From an uncultured Acidobacteriota bacterium (GTDB lineage: Bacteria > Acidobacteriota > DATKUA01), in assembly GCA_964408025.1 (NCBI GenBank), contig CAYOXX010000002.1:6105-70104 (forward strand): DNA of 64,000 nt, read 5' to 3'. Position numbers and translations under genes: made by a program. This document shows, piece by piece, positions 1-10,001 of the stretch. The notes under the pieces are model-generated. The model was not told the DNA's origin. It saw only the letters and a list, made by a program, of their open reading frames with translations, and made no database searches. The first letter of the stretch is position 1. Each line of letters begins with the position of its first letter.

Positions 1-65
1 GTAATACTTTAGCTCCGAGATGATAGGCGAACGATTCCCAATTCTGTAACTACCGGAAAGCACCG

Positions 66-153
66 TGTAGCGTCGATCTCCGCCAAGGCGGACGGCGTAC
101 TAGTCGACTAGGCGGCCTCCGCCCGAGGCGGATAAATTCAGGCCGCCGCTACA
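66..153. repeat. Nested palindromic REP-like doublet (GTAG-capped) with internal TCCGCC-GGCGGA hairpins
   Basis: TGTAGCG (66-72) pairs with CGCTACA (147-153). Internal hairpins TCCGCCAAGGCGGA (79-92) and TCCGCCCGAGGCGGA (118-132), plus a GGCGGCCT/AGGCCGCC stem. Confidence 0.5.
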
Positions 154-193
154 ATAAGTCGTTTAGTTCATCCAAGATAAAAGACTGCCGTAT

Positions 194-1867
194 TTAATTC
201 GCCGCTATCTTTCCCGTGACGAACTTATCAACCTCGGCCGCGATCTTTTCAGCCTGAGCACGGAGCTTCCCGGCCTCTGCGCTGGAGTTCTTGACGAACT
301 CCTCGTCGTCGATACCCGGCAGGTTGATGAGGACGTTGTATGCGGCGCCGACGGCCGCTGTGAGTGCAGCCTGGGCGGCAACGCCGGCGTCGCTGACGCT
401 GTTGACGTTGCCGATCTCGGCGATGCGCCTGGCCAGCTCTAGGGCGGGTATGGTCTCGCGCAGGACCTCGAGCGGGACTGCTGCTGCGCCGATGCTGGCG
501 GCCTGAATAGCCTCTTCCCTTACCTGCTCCTGTTCGTCCGTCGTTTTCGGTAGCGACGAGGCGGCCAAAACGGCGTCGAACGCCTGACTGTCGCGATCTA
601 CTGCACGGACGAAGAAGTCCTTCAGCTTCTGCGCCCGCTCTGCGATGCCGACCACCTCCTCCCAGACCTCCTCGTAACCCTTCTTGCCGTGTGTCAGGTT
701 GGCGACCATCGAGGAGAGTGCGGCGCTGAGGGCACCGCAGAGGGCGGCCACGCTGCCGCCACCGGGAACTGCGGAATCGATCGACACCTCGTCGACGAAG
801 CCGGTGACCGGGCGGCTGACGAGCTCACCCGCCTTCTCGACGCGGTACTCGACGATCTTCTCCGCAGGATCGAAGGGAACTATGTCGCTTAGGCCGAGGC
901 TCATGACCGCGACGTCGATCAGGTCCCTCTCCGGCACGCCGGTGCTTTTGCCCTGCCTGGCCAGGTAGTAGCGGCCCGCCTCGAGCATAGCCGCCTTCGG
1001 GATCAGGCCAACGAGTTCGCTGCCGGTGACCCGCAAGCCCTTCTCGGCCGCCAGCTCGCGTACCGCGTCGAATACCAAGTGGGGTGGCGTGACCTTGTAG
1101 TTGGTGAAGTTGATCGAGATCTGTGCGCGGTTGTACTCGTCGATGTACCAGCCGATCGCCTTGCAGTTCTGGAACATGCCGGGCTGCCGCACCTTGTTGC
1201 CGCCCTCGTCGCGAACGATCTTGTTGTCCTCGCCGCGCTGCCAGCGGCCCTTCTCGCGGATGGTGAGCGCGATGTCGTTCACCAGCTTGCGGTCGCGCGT
1301 GTTGAGGTTGATGTTGTAGGCGATCAGGAACTCGCGGGCTCCGATCACCGTGGCGCCTGACTTGGCGTTGAACTCCGCCGGCCCAAAATCAGGCTTCCAC
1401 TTCGGATCCTTGAGCTTCTCGGGGAGCCCCTCGTACTCGCCCGCCCGGACGTCGGCGAGGTTGCGGCGCTCCGGAGTCGAGGCGGCGTACTCGTAGAGGT
1501 AGACCGGGATGCGCAGCTCCTCGCCTACCCGCTTGCCGAGGCGACGGGCGAACTCAGCGCAGTCGTCCATCGTTACGCCCGATACCGGCACGAAGGGGCA
1601 GACATCGGTGGCGCCCATGCGCGGGTGCTCGCCGCTGTGCCGGCTCATGTCTATCAGCTCGGAGGCTCTCTTGATGGCTCGGAAGGCGGCCTCGATCACC
1701 GCGTCGGGCGTGCCGACTAGCGTGACCACGGTGCGGTTGGTGTTGGCACCGGGATCGACGTCTAGCAACACCGCTCCTTCCGTGTCGCTAATTTCGCCGG
1801 TTATGCCGTCGATAACGCTCCTGTCGCGCCCCTCGCTGAAGTTGGGAACGCACTCGACTATCTTCAT
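194..1867 (-). CDS. ftcD: Bifunctional glutamate formimidoyltransferase / formiminotetrahydrofolate cyclodeaminase
   Basis: N-terminal KIVECVPNFSEGR, HPRMGATDVCPFVP, and cyclodeaminase motif PGGGSVAAL. Start placed at MKIVEC after GGAGGGG. Confidence 0.93.
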   Translation of the reverse strand: MKIVECVPNFSEGRDRSVIDGITGEISDTEGAVLLDVDPGANTNRTVVTLVGTPDAVIEAAFRAIKRASELIDMSRHSGEHPRMGATDVCPFVPVSGVTMDDCAEFARRLGKRVGEELRIPVYLYEYAASTPERRNLADVRAGEYEGLPEKLKDPKWKPDFGPAEFNAKSGATVIGAREFLIAYNINLNTRDRKLVNDIALTIREKGRWQRGEDNKIVRDEGGNKVRQPGMFQNCKAIGWYIDEYNRAQISINFTNYKVTPPHLVFDAVRELAAEKGLRVTGSELVGLIPKAAMLEAGRYYLARQGKSTGVPERDLIDVAVMSLGLSDIVPFDPAEKIVEYRVEKAGELVSRPVTGFVDEVSIDSAVPGGGSVAALCGALSAALSSMVANLTHGKKGYEEVWEEVVGIAERAQKLKDFFVRAVDRDSQAFDAVLAASSLPKTTDEQEQVREEAIQAASIGAAAVPLEVLRETIPALELARRIAEIGNVNSVSDAGVAAQAALTAAVGAAYNVLINLPGIDDEEFVKNSSAEAGKLRAQAEKIAAEVDKFVTGKIAAN

Positions 1868-2043
1868 GACCCCTCCACTATGTAGCCTCTTCTCGTTGCT
1901 CCAACTGCGAATGCGTATCATAGCGGTTCGAATTTAGCCAGTCCAGCAGTCGGCTTGATTTGCAATCGATTCATTGCATTCTCCGCGCTCTTGGCGGAGA
2001 ATCAAACCGTTCGCACATGAACTAATCCCCGGAGGAGAAGCCA

Positions 2044-3777
2044 ATGAAGGTTAAACGAATGCTCTTTATTATTATTCTTACCGTATCGCTCTCTTTGGTC
2101 GCCTCGTCCGCCCTGGCCCAAACCGACGACGAGGAGCTCGAGCCGGTGGCCGAAGAGTGGCGCGTCGGCTTCGAGAGCATCACCGCCGCCGACGCCGTGA
2201 ACTACGTATCCTTTCTCGCCAGCGACGAACTCGAGGGGCGCGACACCGCCAGCCACGGCCTGCGCATCGCCCGCAACTACGCGGCCAGCCTCTTCACACT
2301 CTGGGGAATCGCTCCCGCCGGCGACATCGTCGATGGAGAGAGAACCTTCGGCCAGACATTCCCGGTAGTGATCTCAGAGCCCGGTTCCCACAGCCAACTC
2401 GAAGTACGCAACGGCGCCACAACCTGGCGATTCCAGTACCCTATCGATATCTCCCTCGGTCGCGAGGCACTCATCGCCGGCACCATCGAAGCACCCATCA
2501 TCTTCGCCGGTTACGGCATATCGGCACCCGACTTGAACTACGACGACTTCGCCGGCATCGACGTGCGCGGAAAGATCGTCGTCGTCCTGGTCGGCCTTCC
2601 CGGCGGGGACCGCGAGGGCACTCCTTTCGTGCAGCCCGAAAACCGACATCGCTTCTCGCCTTGGCGCCGCTACAGGGAACTGGGGATGAAGCTTGCGGAG
2701 ATGGGCGCCGTCGCGCTGATAAGTATCAGCCCTTTCGGTGACGAATCCGAAAGCTCGCTCTTCCAGCCAAGTCTCACCGTGCGATACCGTCGCGACAGCG
2801 AGATCAGCGCACCCAGCCGCAGGGTGAGCGTCCCGGCCCTCTCGTCGATCTCCGCCTCCGTTCCCACTCTGCACGCTTCCCAGCGGGTCGCAGACGTTAT
2901 GCTCGCTGCGCAAGAGACGACGCTCGCTGAACTGAAGAACTCGATCGACGAGACGCTGCAACCGCGCTCGTTTGACCTCGACGGCAGCTCCGCGAGAATC
3001 CAAATCGACATCCGCCAGACCGGCGACGTCACCGGCAACGTACTGGGCATGATCGAAGGTTCCGATCCGGAGCTTCGGGATGAAGTGATCGTCGTCTGCG
3101 CACACCTTGACCACCTCGGCATTACCGATGAGGGCTACGTATTCAACGGCGCCGACGACAACGCCTCAGGCTCGGCGGGCGTCCTCGAGCTGGCACAGGC
3201 GTTCACCCTCAACCCGCTCAGGCCGAAGCGAACAATCCTCTTCGCACTCTGGACCGGCGAGGAAAAAGGGCTCTACGGCAGCCGCTACTTCGTGCAATAC
3301 CCCACCGTGCCGCTGGAAAACATCGTCGCCTGTCTGAATATGGACATGATCGCGCGGGATTGGTCGATCGAGGCTATCGAGCAGATGGCCCGGCGCTTCG
3401 GCGTGGCCACAGCCGGCACCGAGATTACGCCTGAGCTGGCATCCAGACTTATCTCAGTGCAGCTTTCAGCACAATCGCCGGAACTAAACCGGATAATCCT
3501 CGAGGAGAACAGGGAGCATATCGGCCTCTTCGTTCGCACACGCTCCGGCGACTCGCCGGGCGGCAGCGATCACGTGCCGTTCCACCGCAGCGACGTGCCA
3601 GCCGCCTTCTTCTTCTCCGCCATGCACGACGACTACCACATGCCGTCGGACACGGTCAACAGGATCAACGGCGAGAAGATGGAGCTGATCATCCGGTTGG
3701 TCTATCTGGTCGCCGGCGAGATCGCCCAGATGCCCGAGAGGCTACCCTGGGTGGAAAGCGAAGACGAGTCCGACTGA
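2044..3777 (+). CDS. Secreted M28 family metallopeptidase with PA domain
   Basis: Signal peptide; LASDELEGR; PA domain FAGYGI..DVRGKIV; Zn motifs AHLDH, GADDNASG, GEEKGL, NMDM, SDH, DYH. Confidence 0.9.
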   Translation: MKVKRMLFIIILTVSLSLVASSALAQTDDEELEPVAEEWRVGFESITAADAVNYVSFLASDELEGRDTASHGLRIARNYAASLFTLWGIAPAGDIVDGERTFGQTFPVVISEPGSHSQLEVRNGATTWRFQYPIDISLGREALIAGTIEAPIIFAGYGISAPDLNYDDFAGIDVRGKIVVVLVGLPGGDREGTPFVQPENRHRFSPWRRYRELGMKLAEMGAVALISISPFGDESESSLFQPSLTVRYRRDSEISAPSRRVSVPALSSISASVPTLHASQRVADVMLAAQETTLAELKNSIDETLQPRSFDLDGSSARIQIDIRQTGDVTGNVLGMIEGSDPELRDEVIVVCAHLDHLGITDEGYVFNGADDNASGSAGVLELAQAFTLNPLRPKRTILFALWTGEEKGLYGSRYFVQYPTVPLENIVACLNMDMIARDWSIEAIEQMARRFGVATAGTEITPELASRLISVQLSAQSPELNRIILEENREHIGLFVRTRSGDSPGGSDHVPFHRSDVPAAFFFSAMHDDYHMPSDTVNRINGEKMELIIRLVYLVAGEIAQMPERLPWVESEDESD

Positions 3778-3789
3778 ATCGGAGCGGAC

Positions 3790-5325
3790 TTATTCCAGTC
3801 CGCCCGTAGCTTCGGACACCTCGTGGAAGAAGCGCTCGGAGACAACGAGCGCTCGTAGCGCTTCCACCTCGGGAAACAGAAAGCGGTCACCATCCAGCGG
3901 AGGCGCCACCTCGCGGATCATCCGGTAGGCGGTGCGTACGCCCACGCCGGGCTTCCTGCCGCCTCTTTCGCCGGCAAATTCCAACGCCTGGGCGGCGACC
4001 ATCATCTCGATAGCCAGCACTGTCTCGACGTTGGTGACGATCGCCTCGGCCGTGCGCGCGGCTATCGTGCCCATGCTGTTGTGATCCTCCTGGTTCGCCG
4101 AGGTCGGAATCGAATCGACGCTGTTGGGATGAGCCAGGCCCTTGTTCTCCGAGACAAGCGAAGCGGAAACGTGGTGGGGAATCATCATGCCACTGTTCAG
4201 CCCCGCCGATTCGGTGACGAATATCGGCAGGTGCTCGTAGCTGCCGTCAACCAGGCGAAAAACGCGCCGCTCCGAAATGCTGCCCAGCTCCGCTACCGCT
4301 ATCCCCAGGACATCCGCCGCCACCGCCACGGGCTGACCGTGAAAGTTGCCTCCCGACAGCGCCTCGTCGCGATCCGGGAAGACCAGAGGATTATCGGTGA
4401 CGGCGTTTATCTCGACATCCAGAACGCCGCGGATGTAATCGACGGCCTCCCGCGAGGCGCCGTGCACCTGCGGCATGCAGCGTATGCTGTACGCGTCCTG
4501 CGTGCGCCCGCTGCCCGATGCGAGGATCTCGCTACCCTCAACCAGCTTGCGCAGATTCGCGGCGCAGGCGAGCTGTCCGCGGTAGGGGCGGAGCCGATGT
4601 ATGCGCTCGTCGAACGCGCCAAGGACCCCTCTGGACGCCTCGAGCGTCATCGCGCCCGCCACGTCCACCAGGCGCGTCAGGCGCTCGGCGCGAAGCGTCG
4701 CCAGCGTCAGGATGGCGCTCATCACCTGCGTGCCGTTGATCAGCGCCAGGCCTTCCTTGGCTTTGAGAACGACCGAATTGAGGCCGGCTCCCTCCAGCGC
4801 CCGTATTGCCGATACCGTCTCTCCGCCCACTCTGCACTCGCCGACGCCAATCATCGCCGAGGCAATGTGCGACAGCGGTGCCAGGTCGCCGCTCGAGCCG
4901 AGCGAGCCCTGCGAAGGGACGACGGGATGGATGCCACCGTTGAGCATGGCAAGCAGGAGTTCGAGCGTCTCCTCCCTGATGCCCGAGTAGCCGGCTGCCA
5001 GGCTCGCCGCGCGCAGCAGCATCGTTGCCCTGACTACGGGATCGGGCAGCAACGGGCCCGTGCCGGCTGCGTGACTGATGATTAGATTTTCCTGCAGGCG
5101 ATCGATTTCTTCGCGCGCGATGGCAACGTTGGCCAGGGCGCCGAAACCGGTGGTCACGCCGTAAACCAGCGAGCCAGATGCGACGATCCGTTCGACACTC
5201 TCCCTGGCCGACTTCACACTCGCGCGAGCGCCCGAGGATAACTCAACACTGCGGTTCTCGTTTGCGACATCGGCGACCTGTTCAAGAGTCAGCGGAGCTT
5301 CACCTAAGATCAGCGGCCCGCTCAC
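3790..5325 (-). CDS. hutH: Histidine ammonia-lyase
   Basis: VYGVTTGFG, MIO-forming GSSGDLAPL, KEGLALING, QDAYSIRC, GGNFHG, NQEDHNSMG. Confidence 0.92.
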   Translation of the reverse strand: MSGPLILGEAPLTLEQVADVANENRSVELSSGARASVKSARESVERIVASGSLVYGVTTGFGALANVAIAREEIDRLQENLIISHAAGTGPLLPDPVVRATMLLRAASLAAGYSGIREETLELLLAMLNGGIHPVVPSQGSLGSSGDLAPLSHIASAMIGVGECRVGGETVSAIRALEGAGLNSVVLKAKEGLALINGTQVMSAILTLATLRAERLTRLVDVAGAMTLEASRGVLGAFDERIHRLRPYRGQLACAANLRKLVEGSEILASGSGRTQDAYSIRCMPQVHGASREAVDYIRGVLDVEINAVTDNPLVFPDRDEALSGGNFHGQPVAVAADVLGIAVAELGSISERRVFRLVDGSYEHLPIFVTESAGLNSGMMIPHHVSASLVSENKGLAHPNSVDSIPTSANQEDHNSMGTIAARTAEAIVTNVETVLAIEMMVAAQALEFAGERGGRKPGVGVRTAYRMIREVAPPLDGDRFLFPEVEALRALVVSERFFHEVSEATGGLE

Positions 5326-6362
5326 GCCTTCACCTCCTGCGCATCTATCCTATGGGCGAACTCCTTCAGGTCGCCGCGCATCCCGATCGCTATGAGCGTA
5401 TCGCCCACCTCGATAACCGCGTCGCGGCCCGGGTTGAACTGCATCGCGCCGTCGGCCCTGCGGATGGCAATGACGATCAGGTTAAAGCTCTGCCTGAACT
5501 GAGCCTCAATCAGGCTGCGCCCGATGATCGAGCAGCGCTCGCCGATGGTGAACTCGTCCACCTCGATCTCCCCGTCCTCGTACGACTCCGCGAGCACCTC
5601 CATGAAGCTCATCAGGGCCGGCTTGAGCAGCGAGAGGGCGATCCTCATACCGCCTATGCGGTCCGGGTAGATCACCCTGTCGGCGCCGGCTCGAAAGAGG
5701 CGCTTCTCCGCGTCTTCCTCATAGGCCCTGCTTAGAATCTTCAACTTCGAATTCAACTCGCGCGCCGTGAGCGTAATGTATATGTTCTGGGCATCCGGAT
5801 GCGTACACGCAATCAAAGCCCTGGCACGCTCGATTCCGGCCTGCTTAAGAACGTCGTCCTTGGCGGCGTCGCCGATTACGTAGAGGAACTTGCGGCGCTC
5901 CAGAACCTCCTCCTGCTCAGGATCCTGCTCGACGACGATAAACGGCCTCCCGAACTTCCTGAGCTCGGCCGCGACGATCTCGCCCACGCGCCCGAAGCCG
6001 CAGAGGACGACGTGATCCTTGAGCGCCGCTATCCTCTTGTCCAATTTGCGCCTCCCGAAATAACTCATTATCTCGCCTTCAACCACCGTTTGCGAGATGG
6101 CGAAAAAGACATAGGAAACCAATCCTATACCGCAGATTATCAACGCGACGGTGAAGGCTCTACCGAGGAGCCCAAGACCGGGAATCTCGCCGAAGCCGAC
6201 CGTGGAGATGGTTATAACCGTCATGTAAAAAGCCTGAAACCAGTTAACTTGCGGCTCCAGCAGACGGTAACCGAGTGTCCCGACAGAGAGGATTAGTAAC
6301 AGAAACAGCAGGGCTCCGATCAGCTTGACCCTGCCCCGCCTTGGCACCCCAACAAACAACAC
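5322..6362 (-). CDS. Two-TM potassium channel with RCK (TrkA-N/TrkA-C) domains
   Basis: Pore motif TISTVGFGE between two TM helices; Rossmann motif CGFGRVG; C-terminal TrkA-C. The start codon is uncertain. Confidence 0.88.
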   Translation of the reverse strand: MLFVGVPRRGRVKLIGALLFLLLILSVGTLGYRLLEPQVNWFQAFYMTVITISTVGFGEIPGLGLLGRAFTVALIICGIGLVSYVFFAISQTVVEGEIMSYFGRRKLDKRIAALKDHVVLCGFGRVGEIVAAELRKFGRPFIVVEQDPEQEEVLERRKFLYVIGDAAKDDVLKQAGIERARALIACTHPDAQNIYITLTARELNSKLKILSRAYEEDAEKRLFRAGADRVIYPDRIGGMRIALSLLKPALMSFMEVLAESYEDGEIEVDEFTIGERCSIIGRSLIEAQFRQSFNLIVIAIRRADGAMQFNPGRDAVIEVGDTLIAIGMRGDLKEFAHRIDAQEVKA

Positions 6363-6446
6363 GCTCCCCCGGAATTAGCGAGCATGATAGAGCCAAGGAG
6401 TCAGACCCGCAAGCACCACGCTGCAGCAGGAGACCGAAAAAAGTCC

Positions 6447-6496
6447 TTGACGCGGGCGGAGCGTCGACTATATACTTGTAAGTAAGCGTTTACTTA
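6447..6496 (+). promoter_or_regulatory. Sigma70-like promoter with adjacent TetR operator palindrome
   Basis: TTGACG (6447-6452), 18-nt spacer, TATACT (6471-6476). Inverted repeat TAAGTAA-gcgt-TTACTTA (6479-6496) directly upstream of the tetR gene. Confidence 0.7.
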
Positions 6497-6511
6497 ATTG
6501 GAGGTTTAGAA

Positions 6512-7138
6512 ATGGCGCGCCAAAGGTTACCGGCAGAGCAACGAAGGGAGCAGATACTCGAGGCGGCGGTCAAGCTCTTCTCCCGCAACGGTTTCGACAG
6601 GACCACCATCCGCGAGATCGCACGCGCCGCCGGCATCAACGAGGCGACGATCTATAAGCACTTCGAGACGAAAGAAAAATTATATGATGCCATCATCGAA
6701 AGATTCATAGAATTCGGCTCGCAGCTCATCAAGCGGACCGACCTGGAGAAACACGAACAGCTACCGGAGCTGCTATCGTCTGTGGCTACAGAGTTATTAG
6801 GCCTGATGAACAAAGACACAACTTTACCGAGGTTATTGCTTTACAGCGCGCTGCAAAACCACCCTTTCTCCGAGAGGTTCTATCGGGAAATCTCCTCGGC
6901 GTTCCTCGGCATCCTGGAAGAAAGGTTGCGCCAAGGCCAACTGGAGCGTCGCTACCGCGCCTCCATCGACACAGCCGCCTCGGCCCGCTCGTTCCTCGGC
7001 ATGATGATCTTCTACGTCATCTCCCAGCACATCGTCGGCGCAAAGCGCTGGGAGCCGATCGACGCCGGCGAGTACGCTCGGCAGACGGTTGACATTTTCC
7101 TGCACGGAATCTGCACCGAACAGGAGGGAGGGAAGTGA
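6512..7138 (+). CDS. TetR/AcrR family transcriptional regulator
   Basis: HTH ILEAAVKLF..GFDRTTIREIARAAGINEATIYKHF; GGAGG RBS. Confidence 0.93.
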   Translation: MARQRLPAEQRREQILEAAVKLFSRNGFDRTTIREIARAAGINEATIYKHFETKEKLYDAIIERFIEFGSQLIKRTDLEKHEQLPELLSSVATELLGLMNKDTTLPRLLLYSALQNHPFSERFYREISSAFLGILEERLRQGQLERRYRASIDTAASARSFLGMMIFYVISQHIVGAKRWEPIDAGEYARQTVDIFLHGICTEQEGGK

Positions 7139-8142
7139 AGAAAGCCGCAATCATCAAGAGAATCGTTGTCCTGGCGTTCCTGGCGGCAGCTATAGCGACC
7201 TCCGTTTACGTCTACTACACCTATTTCGACATTCCCGAGGACCCGAACGTCATCCGGACCAGCGGCGTGATCGAGGCCGTCGAGGTGAGGGTGGGGACTA
7301 AGATCGGCGGCGTCATCTCCGAGCTGCTCGTCGAGGAGGGGGACGAAGTCGAGGCCGGCCAGGTGATCGCCCACATCGACACGGTCGACCTCAACCTGCA
7401 GCTCGAGGGGGCGCTGGCTGCGGCCGAGCAGGCCAGAGCCCTGCTCCAGGACGTGCGCCGCGGCCTTAGGCCGGAGGAGATCGAGCAGCTCGAGACGGTG
7501 GTCCGGCTCAAGGAGGCCAACCTCGAGCGGGCGCAGCTGGAGTACGATCGCCGCAACCGCCTGGCCGAGCAGCAGGCGATCTCCCAGCACGAAGCCGACA
7601 TCGCGCGCACTGTGATGGACGCGGCGCAGCGGGACCTCGAGACCTCCCAGGAACAGGTGCGCATCGCCCGCCTGGGCAGCCGCGAGGACCGGATTTCTGC
7701 GGCCGAGTGGACGCTGCGGACGGCCGAGGCGAACGCGGCCCGACTGCAGCAGCAGATAGTCGACGCAGAGATTACAGCCCCAATCTCCGGTCGAGTGAGC
7801 ATCAAGAACATGGAGCAAGGCGAGATCGCCCGCACGGGCGCCACCATCGTCACGCTCGTCGACCTGGACCGCCCCTGGGTGAGGGTCTTCGTGCCCGAGA
7901 ACAGATTAGGCAGGGTTCGGCTGGGCATGACGGCCGAAGTTTTCTCCGACTCCTTCCCCGACCGCACCTACAGCGGCGTCATACGGCACATCGCCACCGA
8001 GGCGGAGTTTACGCCGAAGAACGTCCAGACGCAGGAGGAGCGGATTAAGCTGGTCTACGCCGTCAAGGTCTACGTCGACAACCCGAACCAGGAACTCAAG
8101 CCGGGCCAGCCGGTGGACGCCGTCATCCGCCTCGATCAGTAG
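7135..8142 (+). CDS. HlyD-family periplasmic adaptor (YbhG-like)
   Basis: N-terminal TM, lipoyl half-motifs (VEEGDEV, ITAPISG), coiled coil, AEFTPKNVQT. Confidence 0.9.
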   Translation: MKKAAIIKRIVVLAFLAAAIATSVYVYYTYFDIPEDPNVIRTSGVIEAVEVRVGTKIGGVISELLVEEGDEVEAGQVIAHIDTVDLNLQLEGALAAAEQARALLQDVRRGLRPEEIEQLETVVRLKEANLERAQLEYDRRNRLAEQQAISQHEADIARTVMDAAQRDLETSQEQVRIARLGSREDRISAAEWTLRTAEANAARLQQQIVDAEITAPISGRVSIKNMEQGEIARTGATIVTLVDLDRPWVRVFVPENRLGRVRLGMTAEVFSDSFPDRTYSGVIRHIATEAEFTPKNVQTQEERIKLVYAVKVYVDNPNQELKPGQPVDAVIRLDQ

Positions 8143-8151
8143 GAGCCTGCC

Positions 8152-9075
8152 GTGCCGGCCATCGATATCAGCGGGCTTAAAAAGAGCTACCGCAACGTTG
8201 AGGCGCTGCGCGGCATCGACCTCGAGGTGCGGGAGGGCGAGATCTTCGGCCTCGTCGGCCCCGACGGCGCCGGCAAGACGACTCTCATCCGCCTGCTGTG
8301 CGGCATACTGACGCCGAGCGACGGTACCGCAACCATCCTCGGCTCCGACGTACGCGGAGACCCGGAAGGGGTGAAGCGCCACATAGGCTACATGAGCCAG
8401 CGCTTCAGCCTCTACCAGGACATGACCGTCGCCGAGAACATGCGCTTCTTCGAGGAGCTCTACAGTGTCCCCCCTCAGGAACGTACCGAACGCCGCCGTC
8501 GCTTGCTGGAGTTCAGCCGTCTCGGCCCCTTCAGCGGCCGCAGGGCCGGCAAGCTCAGCGGCGGCATGAAGCAGAAGCTGGGGCTGAGCTGCGCCCTGAT
8601 CCACACTCCCAAGGTTCTCTTCCTCGACGAGCCGACAACCGGCGTCGATCCGATCTCCCGCCGCGAACTGTGGGGCCTCCTGGGCGACCTCTGGCACGGG
8701 GGCATGACGATCTTCGTCTCGACTCCCTACATGGACGAAGCCGAGCGCTGCAACCGCCTGGCTTTCATACAGGAGGGGAGGCTGATCGCGGTCGGCACGC
8801 CCGACGAGATCAAGGCGGACTACCCGTACGAGATAGCCGAGGTGGTCACCGCCGGAGCGCGCGAGCTGGCCGCTTCCCTGCGCGACAGCGAGGCGATCTC
8901 CGCGCTCCACCTTTACGGCGACAGGCTCCACATCTCCCTCGGCGACTACGACTCCGGCACCGCCGAGCTGGCGCCGCTCCTCGAGGCCCACGGCATCAGC
9001 CTCTCCGACATTCGCCGCATCGAGCCGACGCTGGAGAGTGTCTTCCTACAGCGCGTCGAGGAGTCGCGCCGATGA
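8152..9075 (+). CDS. ABC transporter ATP-binding protein (like YbhF first NBD)
   Basis: Walker A GPDGAGKT, LSGGMKQKL, FLDEPTTGVD. Confidence 0.92.
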   Translation: MPAIDISGLKKSYRNVEALRGIDLEVREGEIFGLVGPDGAGKTTLIRLLCGILTPSDGTATILGSDVRGDPEGVKRHIGYMSQRFSLYQDMTVAENMRFFEELYSVPPQERTERRRRLLEFSRLGPFSGRRAGKLSGGMKQKLGLSCALIHTPKVLFLDEPTTGVDPISRRELWGLLGDLWHGGMTIFVSTPYMDEAERCNRLAFIQEGRLIAVGTPDEIKADYPYEIAEVVTAGARELAASLRDSEAISALHLYGDRLHISLGDYDSGTAELAPLLEAHGISLSDIRRIEPTLESVFLQRVEESRR

Positions 9076-10001
9076 ACCACGCGGTCGTAAGCGACAAGCT
9101 CACTAAACGATTCGGCGACTTCACCGCCGTCGACAACGTCTCGTTCGAGGTTCCGGTAGGCGAGATCTTCGGCTTCCTGGGCTCAAACGGCGCCGGCAAG
9201 ACGACCACGATACGGATGCTCTGCGGCATCATCGCTCCCAGCGAAGGGAGCGGCACCGTCCTGGGGATGGACATCGTCCGGCAGCGCCACCAGATCAAGG
9301 AGAATATCGGCTACATGAGCCAGAAGTTCTCCCTCTACAACGACCTCACGGTGCGTGAGAACCTGGAATTCTTCGCCGGCATGTACTCGTTCGCGGGCAG
9401 CCGTGCCGCCAGGATCGATGAGGCTCTCGAGACGACGGGCTTGCGCGACCGCGCCGGCCTGGTCACCGCCTACCTGCCGTTCGGGACCAAGCAGCGCCTC
9501 GCCTTCGCCTCGGCGATGCTGCACCGCCCGCGCATCGTCTTCCTCGACGAGCCTACAGCCGGAGTCGACCCGCGCGGCCGGCGGAAATTCTGGGAGCTGA
9601 TTCACCGGATCGCCTCCGAGGGTATCACCGTCTTCGTCACCACCCACTACATGGACGAGGCCGAGTACTGCCACAGGATAACGCTGATGGACGAAGGCAG
9701 GCTGCGCGCCGTCGGCACCCCGGCGCAGATGAAGCGGGACGTCATGAAGGGCACGATGCTGGAGATCTCCTGCGACGACCCGGCAGCCGCCCTGGGCGCC
9801 GTTAAGGAGGCAGGTCTGGGCGAGACGGCGCTCTTCGCCAACAAGATCCACCTCAACGTCACCGACGAGGCCTCGGGCAGGAAAGCGGTCGCCGGAGTCC
9901 TGGTAGCGGCCGGCATCGGCCTCGAGAAGGTCGAGACCGTCGCCCCGTCGCTGGAGGACGTCTTCATCAGCGTCCTCAGCGCGGAGGGAGGCGCGCCATG
10001 A
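9072..10001 (+). CDS. ABC transporter ATP-binding protein (like YbhF second NBD)
   Basis: Start MNHAVV with ATGA overlap; GSNGAGKT, degenerate signature LPFGTKQRL, FLDEPTAGVD. Confidence 0.92.
   Translation: MNHAVVSDKLTKRFGDFTAVDNVSFEVPVGEIFGFLGSNGAGKTTTIRMLCGIIAPSEGSGTVLGMDIVRQRHQIKENIGYMSQKFSLYNDLTVRENLEFFAGMYSFAGSRAARIDEALETTGLRDRAGLVTAYLPFGTKQRLAFASAMLHRPRIVFLDEPTAGVDPRGRRKFWELIHRIASEGITVFVTTHYMDEAEYCHRITLMDEGRLRAVGTPAQMKRDVMKGTMLEISCDDPAAALGAVKEAGLGETALFANKIHLNVTDEASGRKAVAGVLVAAGIGLEKVETVAPSLEDVFISVLSAEGGAP

Noticed and set aside
8298-9071. N-terminal extensions in the ORF track (8298, 35341, 35445, 51291, 46714, 49141 starts)
   Set aside because: They overlap neighbouring genes or lack an RBS. 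Homology or signal peptides begin at the downstream starts used above.
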